Below, piece by piece: positions 41,799-52,244 of a stretch of DNA of 64,000 nucleotides (position 1 is its first letter; every line of letters begins with the position of its first letter). Both the position numbers and the translations under genes were made by a program. This DNA is from an uncultured Chloroflexia bacterium. GTDB lineage: Bacteria > Chloroflexota > Dehalococcoidia > DSTF01 > JACRBR01. Below the pieces are notes generated by a model that saw only the letters and a list, made by a program, of their open reading frames with translations, was not told the DNA's origin and searched no databases. The stretch lies in assembly GCA_963736015.1 (NCBI GenBank), contig CAVTNG010000004.1, forward strand, positions 39,920 through 103,919, given 5' to 3'.

Positions 41799-42907
41799 GC
41801 TCGACCGCTTTCAGCCGCTCTTCGTCAAGCTCGACGCCGAGGCCAGGCTTATCCGGCACGTGGAGGTATCCCTCCTTATCGATCATCAGTGGCTCGGTGA
41901 GCATGAAGTCACGGTACTCCGGCACCCAGTTCGGCGGATCGTACGGAAATTCGATGAACGGGCAGTTCGACGCCGCTGCCGCCACCTGCAGATTGGCTGC
42001 CAGCCCGAGACCGTTCGTCCACGTGTGCGGCGCGAACAGCAGTCCCGCTGCTTCTGCCATGCCGGCGACTTTCCTCGCGACCGTAATCCCACCCGCAAAC
42101 GTGCAGTCCGGCTGGTAGACGTCCAGGCTCCCTTTGTCGAGGTACACTTGGAACTCGTGCAGCGCGGCGTTCAGTTCGCCGCCTGCAACGCGGACTGTCG
42201 TGTTTTCGCGTACCTCAGCGAGACCGTCGTAGTCATACGCGTACAGCGGTTCTTCGATCCAGAAGACGTCGTATCCCTCGATGGCGCGGCAGACGGCGCG
42301 GGCCGTCTTGCGGTCCCAAGCGCCGGTGCGAGTGTCACCCGGCAGGTACCACCCCCAGTTGCCGTCGACCATGATGGTCATCGTATCGCCGATGGCCTTG
42401 CGGACGGCGTCGAGCGTCTTCAGGTCGGTCCGCCAGTCGGGGCTATGGAACCGCAGCTTCACGGCCTTGAACCCCATCTCGCGGATGTGCAGTACGTCCT
42501 CGACGCGCTGCTCCAGGCCGTGGATCTCGCCGGTGGAGCAGTAGGCGAGCAGCTTCTCGTTCTTGCCGCCCAGCAATTTCGCGAGCGGGACCCCCGCCTT
42601 CTTCGCGGCGATGTCCCAGAGCGCGATTTCGAATCGGCCATGGCCGCCCCATGAAGTGCGCGATCCCCCGGAGCAGGTGCCAGTGCTCCTCAATCGCCAG
42701 CGGGTCCTTACCAACGAACAGCCCCGCCACGGTGTTGAGACGCGTGAGCACGCCGCCCGCCCCGATGCCCGTGATCCCCTCGTCCGTCTCGACCTGGACG
42801 ACGGTGACGTCCTGATGCCGCTCGGCAAACGGCCGCCACGTCGGGTGAAACGGATGGTCCTCGTGGTTGAAGACGAATCTGCGCGTGCGGACGTTGGTGA
42901 TCTTCAC
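41791..42907 (-). CDS. Mandelate racemase/muconate lactonizing enzyme family, frameshift near 42635
   Basis: VETDEGITGIG, EIALWD, KxR, MVDGN, WIEEP, GE, QPD. Confidence 0.88.
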
Positions 42908-42981
42908 GGCTAGCGGCCCTCCGGCATTGAGGGTATCGCGTGCCGCGCTGACGGGCGATGAAGTCAGGGGCCGACTGGAGC

Positions 42982-43815
42982 TCAGGCGATACGAGTCTCG
43001 GGCATCGGCACGCGCCGCCGTCGGAACGGATACAGGAGCTGCGGGATGAGCCCGCTCGGGACATCCTCGCCCAGCACACCGAACTCCTTCGGCAGCCGCG
43101 CCTTCGGCAGGTACAGCGTTCCGAAGACCACGTCGAACAGCGGGAACATGCCCGAGAAGTTGCGGTCGAGCCCTTCCTCTTCAGACGTGTGGTGCCAGCG
43201 GTGGAATACCGGGCTGGCGATGACGTAGCGCAGCGGCCCGTATGACCACGGCACGTTGGCGTGAAGGAAGATCGCGTACACCGTCAGCAGCGGCACGTAG
43301 GCGGCGATCACCTTCGCGTTGAAGCCAACGAGCACGAGCGGGACAGCCTGCACGATGCGGGTCCCGATCTCGTTGACGGGATGCACCCGGACGGACGAGA
43401 GCCAGTCGAGCTGGTTTGACGAGTGATGTACGGAGTGGTAGGCCCACAGCGTGTCCTGGCGATGAAAGGCTCGGTGCGACCAATAGCCGATGAGGTCCAG
43501 CAGGAAGAGCAGCTCGATCGACTGGAGTGCGACGGGCTGCGCGGAAATGAAGGTGTTTCGCGTCGCGAACGCGCGGATCGCCTCGCCGTCGAGCGGAACA
43601 CCGGCGAGGACGGCGACGCCGACGACTGCGAGAATCACGGCCGCCGACGCCAGGAAGCGGCTGATCGGGCTGAAGAAGTACCAGGCGACATCGGTGAGCC
43701 AGCCCTCGCGGAAACGTACCTGTCCCCGGCTCCCGGGCCACCGCGCCTCGACTACGCCGAACGCCACCGACGCCACGGCAAGCACCGCCACCATCGTGAG
43801 GAGCGTCGTGAACAC
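42982..43815 (-). CDS. Sterol desaturase/fatty acid hydroxylase family protein
   Basis: His boxes HRAFH, HSVHHS, HAN, HRWHH. Confidence 0.9.
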   Translation of the reverse strand: MFTTLLTMVAVLAVASVAFGVVEARWPGSRGQVRFREGWLTDVAWYFFSPISRFLASAAVILAVVGVAVLAGVPLDGEAIRAFATRNTFISAQPVALQSIELLFLLDLIGYWSHRAFHRQDTLWAYHSVHHSSNQLDWLSSVRVHPVNEIGTRIVQAVPLVLVGFNAKVIAAYVPLLTVYAIFLHANVPWSYGPLRYVIASPVFHRWHHTSEEEGLDRNFSGMFPLFDVVFGTLYLPKARLPKEFGVLGEDVPSGLIPQLLYPFRRRRVPMPETRIA

Positions 43816-43995
43816 CTGGCCACCCTCCCATTTCCTTCAGGCCTGGACAGCTTAGAGCAGCGTCCCCCTCGCTGCCCTGCGCTGCCCGTAAGAACTGCGT
43901 AAAATCGCAGCCCGCACCACCCGCCGGGCGCTCTTCGGCGACGCCTCAGCATGCCGATACTTCGTCGGGGAAGCCACACTGGCGGAGGGTCACGC

Positions 43996-44605
43996 ATGAA
44001 TTCAGATTCGAGGCGGTCGGGCCAGGACGCTCCCGGGACCGGGACGACGGTCGAGGCGCTTCTGCAGGCGATGATCGTCTGGGATCAGGACAACTACGGG
44101 CACTGTCGGAGGTCGGCAGAATACGCGGTGCTGATCGGGCGCGAGATGGGCTTTGGCGAGGAGGCCCTCGAGAACATCCGGATCGGGACTCTGCTTCACG
44201 ATATCGGCAAGATCGGGGTCGACCTCGCCCTGCTCCGAAAACCGGGCCGGCTCGACGCTGACGAACTGGAGCGCGTGCGCATGCATCCGGCAATGGGTGC
44301 CGACATCCTCGGCCGCGTGCTCCCCGCCGCCGTGGTGGAGATCGCGGCGGCGCACCACGAGCAGCCCGACGGCGGCGGCTATCCGGATGGCCTGCGCGGC
44401 GACGCCATCCCGGTGGGGGCGACAATTTGCCGTGTCGCCGACGTGCTGGACTCGCTGACCACGAATCAGACCTACCGCACGGCCATGAGCCTGGACGAGG
44501 CGCTTGATGAGCTTCGAATCGGGCGTCGGCAGCCGCTATGGCGAAGCCGCCGTCGCGGCCCTCGTAGCCGTGGCCCAGCGCCAGGCGCTTCAGACCGCGG
44601 CCTGA
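43996..44605 (+). CDS. HD-GYP phosphohydrolase with intact motifs, frameshift near the 3' end
   Basis: GH, LLHDIGK, HHEQPDGGGYP, VADVLD. Confidence 0.88.
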
Positions 44606-44629
44606 GACGGTCTGAGTCCGCGATGACTC

Positions 44630-44673
44630 TTACGGCTCGTTTAATACTTGGTTAATCGGTGCGGGGCTACGAT
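44630..44673 (+). promoter_or_regulatory. Promoter with 11-bp-spaced direct repeats
   Basis: TTAC-N7-TTAA-N7-TTAA then TACGAT -10 at 44668. Confidence 0.55.
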
Positions 44674-44679
44674 GCCGTT

Positions 44680-44823
44680 GTAACCAGTACCAAGGCAATA
44701 AACCTCCTGCACTTGGGAACTGCCGGGCCGGGACGCTCACAATACGTAGGGCCGTAGAATCAGCGCCCTGGCCCCGAATAGACCGGATATCGCGAGGGTA
44801 GCCAACCCTCGCGATTTTCTTTG
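44680..44823 (+). ncRNA. Candidate small regulatory RNA with anti-SD loop
   Basis: Three stem-loops between a promoter and an intrinsic terminator; no credible ORF. Confidence 0.6.
44789..44823 (+). terminator. Intrinsic terminator
   Basis: ATCGCGAGGGT-AGCCA-ACCCTCGCGAT followed by TTTCTTTG. Confidence 0.85.
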
Positions 44824-44849
44824 TTCCGCCCCGCGCCTAGAATCCACGC

Positions 44850-45632
44850 ATGCCATTCGCCCCGGTCAACGGCATCGAGCTGTACTACGAGTCGCACGGG
44901 AAGGGGCCGGCGGTCGTCTTCGCACACGGGGCGGGAGGGAATCACCTGTCGTGGTGGCAGCAGGTTCCGGCGTTCGCGAAACGCTTCCGCTGCATCACCT
45001 TCGACCATCGCGCTTTCGGGCGGACGCTCGATGGCAAGGGCGAGGCCGAGCTCGGCCGCCGCGGGTTCCACGACGACCTCCGCTCGCTGCTCGATCACCT
45101 CGAAATCGACCAGGCCCGCGTCGTCGCGCAATCGATGGGCGGGCGCACTGCGGTCGGCTTCGCGCTGCGCAATGCGGGGCGCTGCGCGGCGATGGTCCTC
45201 GCGGGCACGACGGGCGGCGCGGTCGACGACGAGGTACGCGAGATGCAGGATGCTTACCGCGAGACGGAGGTGGGGCAGCTGCCGCTGCTGAAGCGGGCAG
45301 TGTCGCCCGAGCTCAAGGAGCGGGCTGAGAATCTCGACTTCCTCTACCGCTCAATCTCACGCCTCAACCCGCCGCGTCCACGCGACTTTCTGGCACCGAT
45401 CCCTGGTTATCGTGGCAGTTCGGCGGAGCGGCTTTCGCAGGCCGGATTCCCGATCCTGTTCCTCGTCGGCGATCAGGACGCCGTCGTGCCGCGCGAGATC
45501 ATCGAGCGCTGCCATCGCGCGGTACCGGGATCACGCCTGGCGGTCATCAAGGACAGCGGCCACTCGACCTATTTCGAGCAGCCCCACGCCTTCAACGCGG
45601 CCGTGATGGAGTTCCTGGAGTCCACGCTCTGA
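44850..45632 (+). CDS. Alpha/beta hydrolase
   Basis: HGAGG, AQSMGG nucleophile elbow, GDQD, SGH. Confidence 0.9.
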   Translation: MPFAPVNGIELYYESHGKGPAVVFAHGAGGNHLSWWQQVPAFAKRFRCITFDHRAFGRTLDGKGEAELGRRGFHDDLRSLLDHLEIDQARVVAQSMGGRTAVGFALRNAGRCAAMVLAGTTGGAVDDEVREMQDAYRETEVGQLPLLKRAVSPELKERAENLDFLYRSISRLNPPRPRDFLAPIPGYRGSSAERLSQAGFPILFLVGDQDAVVPREIIERCHRAVPGSRLAVIKDSGHSTYFEQPHAFNAAVMEFLESTL

Positions 45633-45633
45633 C

Positions 45634-46626
45634 TCAGCCGACGCCGAGCAGCTCGACGTCGAACACCAGCTCCGCGTTCGGCGGGATCGCTCCGCCGGCG
45701 CCCCGTGCGCCGTAGCCCAGCTCCGGCGGGATCATGAGCTGGCGCTTTCCGCCCACCTTCATCGAGGCGACGCCCTCGTCCCAGCCCTTGATCACCTGTC
45801 CAACACCAATCACGAACTCGAACGGCTGGCCCCGGTCGACGGAGCTGTCGAACTTTTTTCCGTTCGTCAGGCGGCCCGTGTAGTGCACGGTCACTTTCTT
45901 TCCTGTGGTGGTGCGGCGCCGCGCCGATGGCCTCATCGACATACTTCAGTCCGCTCGGATGTCGTGGTTGCGTCGGGCATCGTGATTCCTTTCAGGCGTA
46001 TTGGTGGTGGTCGTGTCGGGTTCTTGACGTCGAGCAACTCGACGTCGAACACCAGCGTTGAGCCAGCCGGAATGCTGCGATTGCGCGACGGTGCCGTACC
46101 CCAAGGACGCAGGGATGATCAGGCGACGCTTGCCGCCCGTCTTCATGGTCCGAAGGCCTTCCTGCCAGCCCTTGATTACCTGGTTCAGCGGAAACGTCGC
46201 AGGCTGGCCGCGATCGACGGAGCTGTCGAACTTCGTGCCGTCTACGAGCCAGCCCGTGTAGTTCACGGTCACGTTCGACGTCAGGTCAGGCGAGGGACCG
46301 TCCCCTACCTTCTCGTCGATGTAGCGTAGCCCTGTCTCGGTCGTCTGGATCTGAGCCGCGTCGAGCGGCGGCGCGCCGGGCACGTTGCCGTCCGTCTGCT
46401 GCTGCGCGGCCGGATTGTCCGCCGGACGTGATGCCGGCACCGTAGCGGCCCCGGCGCCAGACGTCGCGGCGCCCGAGCCCGATGTCGCCGTCGTGGGCCG
46501 CACGCCGCCCGTCGTCTGCGTCGCCCCGCCACCCGATGCCGCGCTCTTCGCGGTGTTATCGTTGCTGTCGCTCCCGCACGCCGCGAGCAGCACCGCCGCG
46601 ACGAGCATGAGCCCCAGTACCCTCAT
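45634..46626 (-). CDS. Two-domain FKBP-type peptidyl-prolyl isomerase lipoprotein, frameshifted
   Basis: LAAC lipobox; two copies of YTG.L..G.KFDSS.DRGQP, VIKGW, LGYG. Confidence 0.85.
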
Positions 46627-46700
46627 CCAAACCTCCTTGATGCCACCCTGACCGGCGACTACCGGCGCCACCAGGCTCATCCCCGCAGGTGCGCCGCCCT

Positions 46701-47000
46701 TCAACCAGACTCTGGAGCGCCGCGATTCGCCCAGCGTTCGGCAAGCTGCATCCCGTAGTAGAACGGGATGGCCAGCAGGATGATCGGGATGCCGATGATG
46801 ACGCCCTTCATCCCCGCCAGCATGATGAACAGCCCGAACGAGATGCACAGCCCCATCCCCAGCACCGCGACAATGCGGATGATCGCGATCGACGATGAGA
46901 CCTGCGGAAGCGGCTCTGGCGGCTGCTCCGAGGGATACGTGACCTCGTCATCGTCATCATCGACGACGATGGGCGCCGGGGCATCGCGCTCGATATCCAC
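46701..47000 (-). CDS. Small two-TM hypothetical protein
   Basis: Acidic N-terminus, two hydrophobic helices; TACGCT 7 nt before the GTG. Confidence 0.65.
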   Translation of the reverse strand: MDIERDAPAPIVVDDDDDEVTYPSEQPPEPLPQVSSSIAIIRIVAVLGMGLCISFGLFIMLAGMKGVIIGIPIILLAIPFYYGMQLAERWANRGAPESG

Positions 47001-47054
47001 GCCCGACAGCGTAGCAATCGCGCGAGTCGCCGAGAATCGATGTTGATTGGAATT

Positions 47055-47398
47055 GCCCCTGCCCGTCCACGGCCTCGTCTTACGGGTCCCTCGGCGCCGA
47101 AATCACACTAACCTTCCGCCTTGGCGCTCTTCGGGCGCTTAAGCATGAAGTAGCCGCTTTCCGGCCTCATCAGGGGGAGTAAGCCGGTCAATTCCCAGCC
47201 TTCCTCGCCAAGCTTGTCGAGGTAGCCGCGGACGAACCCGGTGCGGTGTTCACCGCCCTGTCGGATGTACTCCGCCCCTTCAGACGAGATCCTGCCTCGA
47301 AAATCAACGTACACGACCTTGTATTCCCAACCGTTCATCGGTGCTCCAGTCCAGCGGCGCTGAACGGGAACCGAAGCCGGGCCGTGCCGGGCAGGGGC
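47055..47398. repeat. About 45-bp imperfect inverted repeat flanking the DUF4177 gene
   Basis: Left arm 47055-47099 aligns with the reverse complement of 47355-47398. Confidence 0.75.
47108..47338 (-). CDS. DUF4177-like small protein (76 aa)
   Basis: WEYKVV...LDKLGEEGWEL...FMLKRP; GGAG SD. Confidence 0.8.
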   Translation of the reverse strand: MNGWEYKVVYVDFRGRISSEGAEYIRQGGEHRTGFVRGYLDKLGEEGWELTGLLPLMRPESGYFMLKRPKSAKAEG

Positions 47399-47461
47399 GC
47401 CTTCAGTCTGGCACAACGGCGCAATGTATAGCCCGAGGCGCACACTGCTGCTTTCGCAGCC

Positions 47462-48228
47462 TCAGGCGACGCCGACGCCCCCGTCGATGACGACGGTTTG
47501 GCCCGTCACCATGTCCGCGCCCTCGATGAGGCTCAGCACGAGCTGCGAGACCGTCTCCGGCGTGCACACCGCCTTCAGCGGCGCACGATGGCTCTCAGCC
47601 TTCCTCGCCATCTCGTACACCTCCTCCCCCAGCCCGTTGCGCAGCCAGCGCGTCTCGATGAACCCCGGCGCGACGCAGTTCACGCGGATGTCCGGCCCGA
47701 GCACGCGAGCGAGCGCGACCGTCATGTTGATCACGGCTGCCTTCGAGGCGGCGTATGCAATCGAGCTGCCTACGGCACGCACGCCCGCGACCGACGCCAC
47801 GTTTACGATCGTCCCGCCTCCCGCCTTGCGCATCGCCTTCGAGGCGGCGCGGGAGCAGAAGAAGACACCCTTCACGTTCACGGCGAAGATGTCGTCGAAG
47901 TACTCCTCCTTCATGCCTTCGAGGTCGGCGAACGCGACGAAGTGAGTCGTCGCCGCATTGTTGACGAGGATGTGCACGCCGCCGAACGCGGCCTCCGCCT
48001 CGTCGCACCATCTGCCGCACGTTGTCCTCGTTCGAAGACGTCCGCCCGCACCAGCAGCGCGCGCGCACCGGCCGCCTCGACCAGAGCGACCGCTTCACGG
48101 GCGTCGTCCTCCGACCGCGAGTAGTTGACGACGACGTTTGCGCCGCGCCGCGCCAGGTCTAGCGCCACCGCCCGCCCGACACCGACAGCTGACCCGGTCA
48201 CGATCGCGGTCTTGCCCTTGACTTCCAT
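47462..48228 (-). CDS. SDR oxidoreductase, frameshifted
   Basis: VTGSAVGVG, NNAA, YAASK, VAPG. Confidence 0.88.
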
Positions 48229-48311
48229 GGTCCCCGCCTCCTGTTTGCGCCGTATCTTGGCAACGATCGAGTTACCGGGCCAGCGAGAGACAGGATGATA
48301 CAATCGCGGCG

Positions 48312-49395
48312 ATGAAGCGCACGCTTAAGGGGCTAGTAATCAGCGGCGGCAAGGGAAGCCGCCTCCGTCCGCTCACCTACACCGGCGCAAAGCAGCTCGT
48401 CCCGATCGCCAACAAGCCGATCCTGTTCTACGGCATCGAACAGCTCGTTGAAGCCGGCGTGCGCGACATCACGATCGTCGTGTCCCCCGAGACCGGCGAC
48501 CAGGTCCGCGGCGCCGCCGGCGATGGCAGGGCGTGGGGAGCCAGTCTCGCTTATGTCACACAAACTCGGCCGCGCGGCATCGCAGACGCCATCCGCACAG
48601 CGCGCGAGGCCATGGCAGGTAGTCCGTTCGTCGCGTTTCTCGGCGACAACTTTCTGACACAGGGCATCGTCCCAAACGTGCGCGCGTTCGCTGATTCGGA
48701 CGACGAGGCCTGCATCTTCCTCAAGCGCGTGCCGGACGCGCGTGAGTTTGGCGTCGCCGAGTTCGAAGGCGAGCGACTGGTGCGGGTCGTCGAGAAGCCG
48801 GACGCACCCGCCGAGCGACCTCGCCGTGATTGGCATCTACATGTTCACCAGCCGTGTCTTCGACGCGATCGAAGGCATCGAGCCCTCGGCGCGAGGCGAG
48901 TACGAGATCACCGACACCATACAGTGGCTGCTCGACCACGACGCCCGCGTGCGTGCCGACGTCATCGACGGCCACTGGATTGATACCGGCAAGCACGACG
49001 ACCTGCTGGCCGCAAACCGGATCGTCTTAGAGTCGATCGCTGCCGACGCAACCGGCGGGGCCGTCGACGAGGCGTCGACCCTGCACGGGCGTGTCGTGCT
49101 GCAGGCGGGATGCGTCGTGAAGAACAGCATCATCAGCGGGCCGGCGATCATCGGCGAACGCACGCGGATCGAAGACGCCTATGTCGGGCCGTTCACGTCG
49201 ATCGGTCCCGACTGCCGGATCGTCGCGAGTGAGATCGCCGGGTCGGTCGTGATGGAGCACACGACGATCGAGCATCTCGACCACCGCCTCGAGCAGAGCC
49301 TGATCGGACGCAACGTCGTGCTGCAGGCCGATGGTCGCAAGCCGCGGGGGTACCAACTGGTACTGGGTGACTTCAGCCGCGTGCGCGTGCCGTGA
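48312..49395 (+). CDS. rfbA: Glucose-1-phosphate thymidylyltransferase, long form, frameshifted
   Basis: GGKGSRLRPLT..AKQLVP, EKP, SARGEYEITD, WIDTG, hexapeptide tail. Confidence 0.9.
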
Positions 49396-50426
49396 TGCAG
49401 CGCTTATTCGTTGCCGGCGGCGCCGGGTTCATCGGCAGCAACTTCATTCGCTACATGTTGCGCGAGCAGCACGAACTCCAGGTTGTGAACTTCGACGCCC
49501 TCACGTATGCCGGTAACGTCGAGAATCTCCGCGACGTGTCCGGCGACCCGCGGTATTCCTTCGTGCACGGCTCGGTCGTGGATGAGGCGTCGGTCGAAAC
49601 TGCTATGCGCGGATGTGACGCCGTCGTGAACTTCGCCGCGGAGTCGCACGTCGACCGCTCGATCCACGATGCTTCGGACTTCATCGAAACGAACGTGCGC
49701 GGCGCGTATAACGTCCTGTCGGCGGCGCGTGCTACCGGCGTCTCACGCGTGCTACATGTGTCGACCGACGAGGTGTACGGACCGGCCACGCGCGACAACC
49801 CACGGCGGGAATCCGATGCCTTCCAGCCCCGCAGCCCGTACGCCGTGAGTAAGGCGGCCGGGGACCTGATGTGCCGGGCATTCGCCGAGACGTACGGCAT
49901 GGAGACGATCGTCGCGCGCCCGGCGAACAACGTCGGACCGTTCCAGTACCCCGAGAAGGTCGTGCCGCTGTTCATCACGAACGCGCTCCGCAACGAGCCG
50001 CTGCCCCTGTACGGCAACGGCCTGCAGGAGCGCGACCGACTGCACGTCGGCGACTGCGTACGCGCGCTCCTACTCCTCCTGGAGCGCGGCGACGCTGGCG
50101 AGGCCTACAACATCCAGGCCGGTAACCACCGCACGAATCTCGCCGTCGCGCAGGCGATCCTGGACCTGCTCGACAAGCCACGCTCGCTGATCCGCTTCGT
50201 CGAGGACCGCGCCGGCCACGATCCCTGTTATTGGATGGACACGACGAAGATCACTGCCCTCGGATGGTCGCCGCAGCGCGACTTCGATACGGCGATCGAG
50301 GACACCGTCCGCTGGTACGCCGACAACCGATCGTGGTGGGAGCGCGCCCGTGACGCCGATTTCGAGCGCTTCTACGAGCGCCAGTACGGCTCGCGCCTCG
50401 CAGCGGCACAGGCGTACGACGCCTGA
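49395..50426 (+). CDS. rfbB: dTDP-glucose 4,6-dehydratase
   Basis: GGAGFIGSNF, LTYAGN, AAESHVDRSI, STDEVYG, YAVSK, DRAGHD. Confidence 0.95.
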   Translation: MQRLFVAGGAGFIGSNFIRYMLREQHELQVVNFDALTYAGNVENLRDVSGDPRYSFVHGSVVDEASVETAMRGCDAVVNFAAESHVDRSIHDASDFIETNVRGAYNVLSAARATGVSRVLHVSTDEVYGPATRDNPRRESDAFQPRSPYAVSKAAGDLMCRAFAETYGMETIVARPANNVGPFQYPEKVVPLFITNALRNEPLPLYGNGLQERDRLHVGDCVRALLLLLERGDAGEAYNIQAGNHRTNLAVAQAILDLLDKPRSLIRFVEDRAGHDPCYWMDTTKITALGWSPQRDFDTAIEDTVRWYADNRSWWERARDADFERFYERQYGSRLAAAQAYDA

Positions 50427-50463
50427 CCGGCGCTCCTACGCGGCAAGCTACACTGCCGCAGCG

Positions 50464-51331
50464 ATGAAGATCATGATCACGGGCGCCGGCGGCCAGCTCG
50501 GGCAGAGCCTCCAGCGGGCGCTTAGCCTGCACGAGGTCGAGGCGCTAACCCATGCGGACCTGGACGTCTCGGACGGTGACGCGGTCGCCAAAGCGATCAA
50601 GCGTGTAGGGCCCAGCCTCGTCATTAACTGCGCGGCGCTGACGGATACCACGCTCTGCGAGCGCGACCCCGGCCTGGCGCACCGAATAAACGCGACGGGC
50701 GCCGCAAACGTCGCACGCGTCTGCGCCCAAGATGACCATCTGGCCATCCTCATTAGCACCGATGAAGTCTTCGACGGCGCTAAAGCCTCGCCTTACCGTG
50801 AGGACGATGAGCCGGGGCCCGTGAACGCGTACGGGGCGTCTAAGCTGGCTGGTGAGCGTCTTGCCGGGCAGATGGGCGGAGGTTCGATCGTCATTCGGAC
50901 ATCGTGGCTCTATGGAGAAGGCGGAGATAACTTCCCCTCGAAGTTGCTGGCCGCAGCCCGAGCGGGCAAGCAGCTGCGTTTCGTCACCAACGAGGTGTCC
51001 GCCCCGACGTCGACCTGCGACCTGGCGGTGGCGATCCGCGAACTCATCGAAAGGGGCGGTGCTCACGGCGTCTATCACCTCGTTAGCGAAGGCCACGCCT
51101 CGCGGTTCGAGTGGGCGCGCGCAGATCCTCGACCTCGCTGGCTTGAGCGCAGTGCCGATCGAGCCCGTCACTATGCAGGAGTTGCGAGCCGGTGGTTACG
51201 CGGGTCCGAAGAAGCCTGAGTATTCGGTGCTCGTCAATGAACGGGCGCGCGCACTCGGCATCGTGCTCCCGCAATGGCGCGATGCCCTCGCACGCTACAT
51301 GACTGCGCAGACAGTTGCTGCGGATGGCTGA
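50464..51331 (+). CDS. rfbD: dTDP-4-dehydrorhamnose reductase, frameshifted
   Basis: TGAGGQLG, STDEVFDG, YGASKLAGE, RTSWLYG. Confidence 0.9.
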
Positions 51332-52244
51332 CGAACCGCTCGTTGGCGTGATTATCGTCAACTACAACAGCGCAGCGTTCATCGACGAGTTCTGCGAGTC
51401 GCTGCGGCCGGTTGTCGGTGCCAACGTCGATGTAATCGTTGTGGACTCCGCCTCGACCGACGGCTCGATGGGCGCGATCGAGCACGGACTCCCGGACGCG
51501 ACGGTGCGTCGGTGCAGCGAAAACATTGGCTTCGCGGCGGCGGCGAACATCGGCATCGCCGAGTGCATCGCTCGCGGCTACGACTACGCGCTGTTTCTCA
51601 ACAACGACGCCACCGTGACCCCGGACTTCCTCCAGCGGCTCGTAGGTGCGTCCGACGCAAGGACCGTTGTCGTGCCGAAGATCCTCTACTACTACGACCG
51701 GCGCCTGATCAGCACGCACGCAGGCGGCTTCGACTGGCGTCTCGGCCTGTTCCGGAACACCTACGGAGGCCGACCCGACGATGGCGAGACATCGCGCCGG
51801 CGCGATGGCCTCGAGACGGCAAGCTTCTGCTGCGCCCTCGTGCCGGTACAGGCGTTCCGCGACGCAGGGACGCTCGACGAGCGGTTCTTCATGTACTACG
51901 AGGAGACGGACTTCCTGCGTCGCGCGCAGGCGAAGGGGTACCGCCTTCGTTATGAGCCCTCGGCCGTGATCTACCATCGCGAGAGCGGATCGAGCGGTGG
52001 AGGCTGGATGACGCCGTTCAAGCAATACTACGCCACACGCAACCGCATCTACCTGGTGCGGAAGTATGCGACGTCGCCCCTGGCGTACGCCTACTTCACC
52101 GCGTACTTCTGGGCGACGCGCTTCGCGGTCACCGTCAGGCTGGCGTCAGGCCGAAAGTGGCGCCTGCTACGCGCGATGTGGCTGGGCACGCTCGACTATT
52201 ATCGCGGCCGCATGGGACGGACGATGCAGGTGTCCGACCTGTGA
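51324..52244 (+). CDS. Family 2 glycosyltransferase
   Basis: IIVNYN, N.GFA, LNND, FFMYYEETD. Confidence 0.9.
   Translation: MADEPLVGVIIVNYNSAAFIDEFCESLRPVVGANVDVIVVDSASTDGSMGAIEHGLPDATVRRCSENIGFAAAANIGIAECIARGYDYALFLNNDATVTPDFLQRLVGASDARTVVVPKILYYYDRRLISTHAGGFDWRLGLFRNTYGGRPDDGETSRRRDGLETASFCCALVPVQAFRDAGTLDERFFMYYEETDFLRRAQAKGYRLRYEPSAVIYHRESGSSGGGWMTPFKQYYATRNRIYLVRKYATSPLAYAYFTAYFWATRFAVTVRLASGRKWRLLRAMWLGTLDYYRGRMGRTMQVSDL

Noticed and set aside
44630-44697. Minus-strand micro-ORF after AGGAGG as a type I toxin
   Set aside because: Peptide MPWYWLQRHRSPAPINQVLNEP is not hydrophobic and SD spacing is short; not fully excluded
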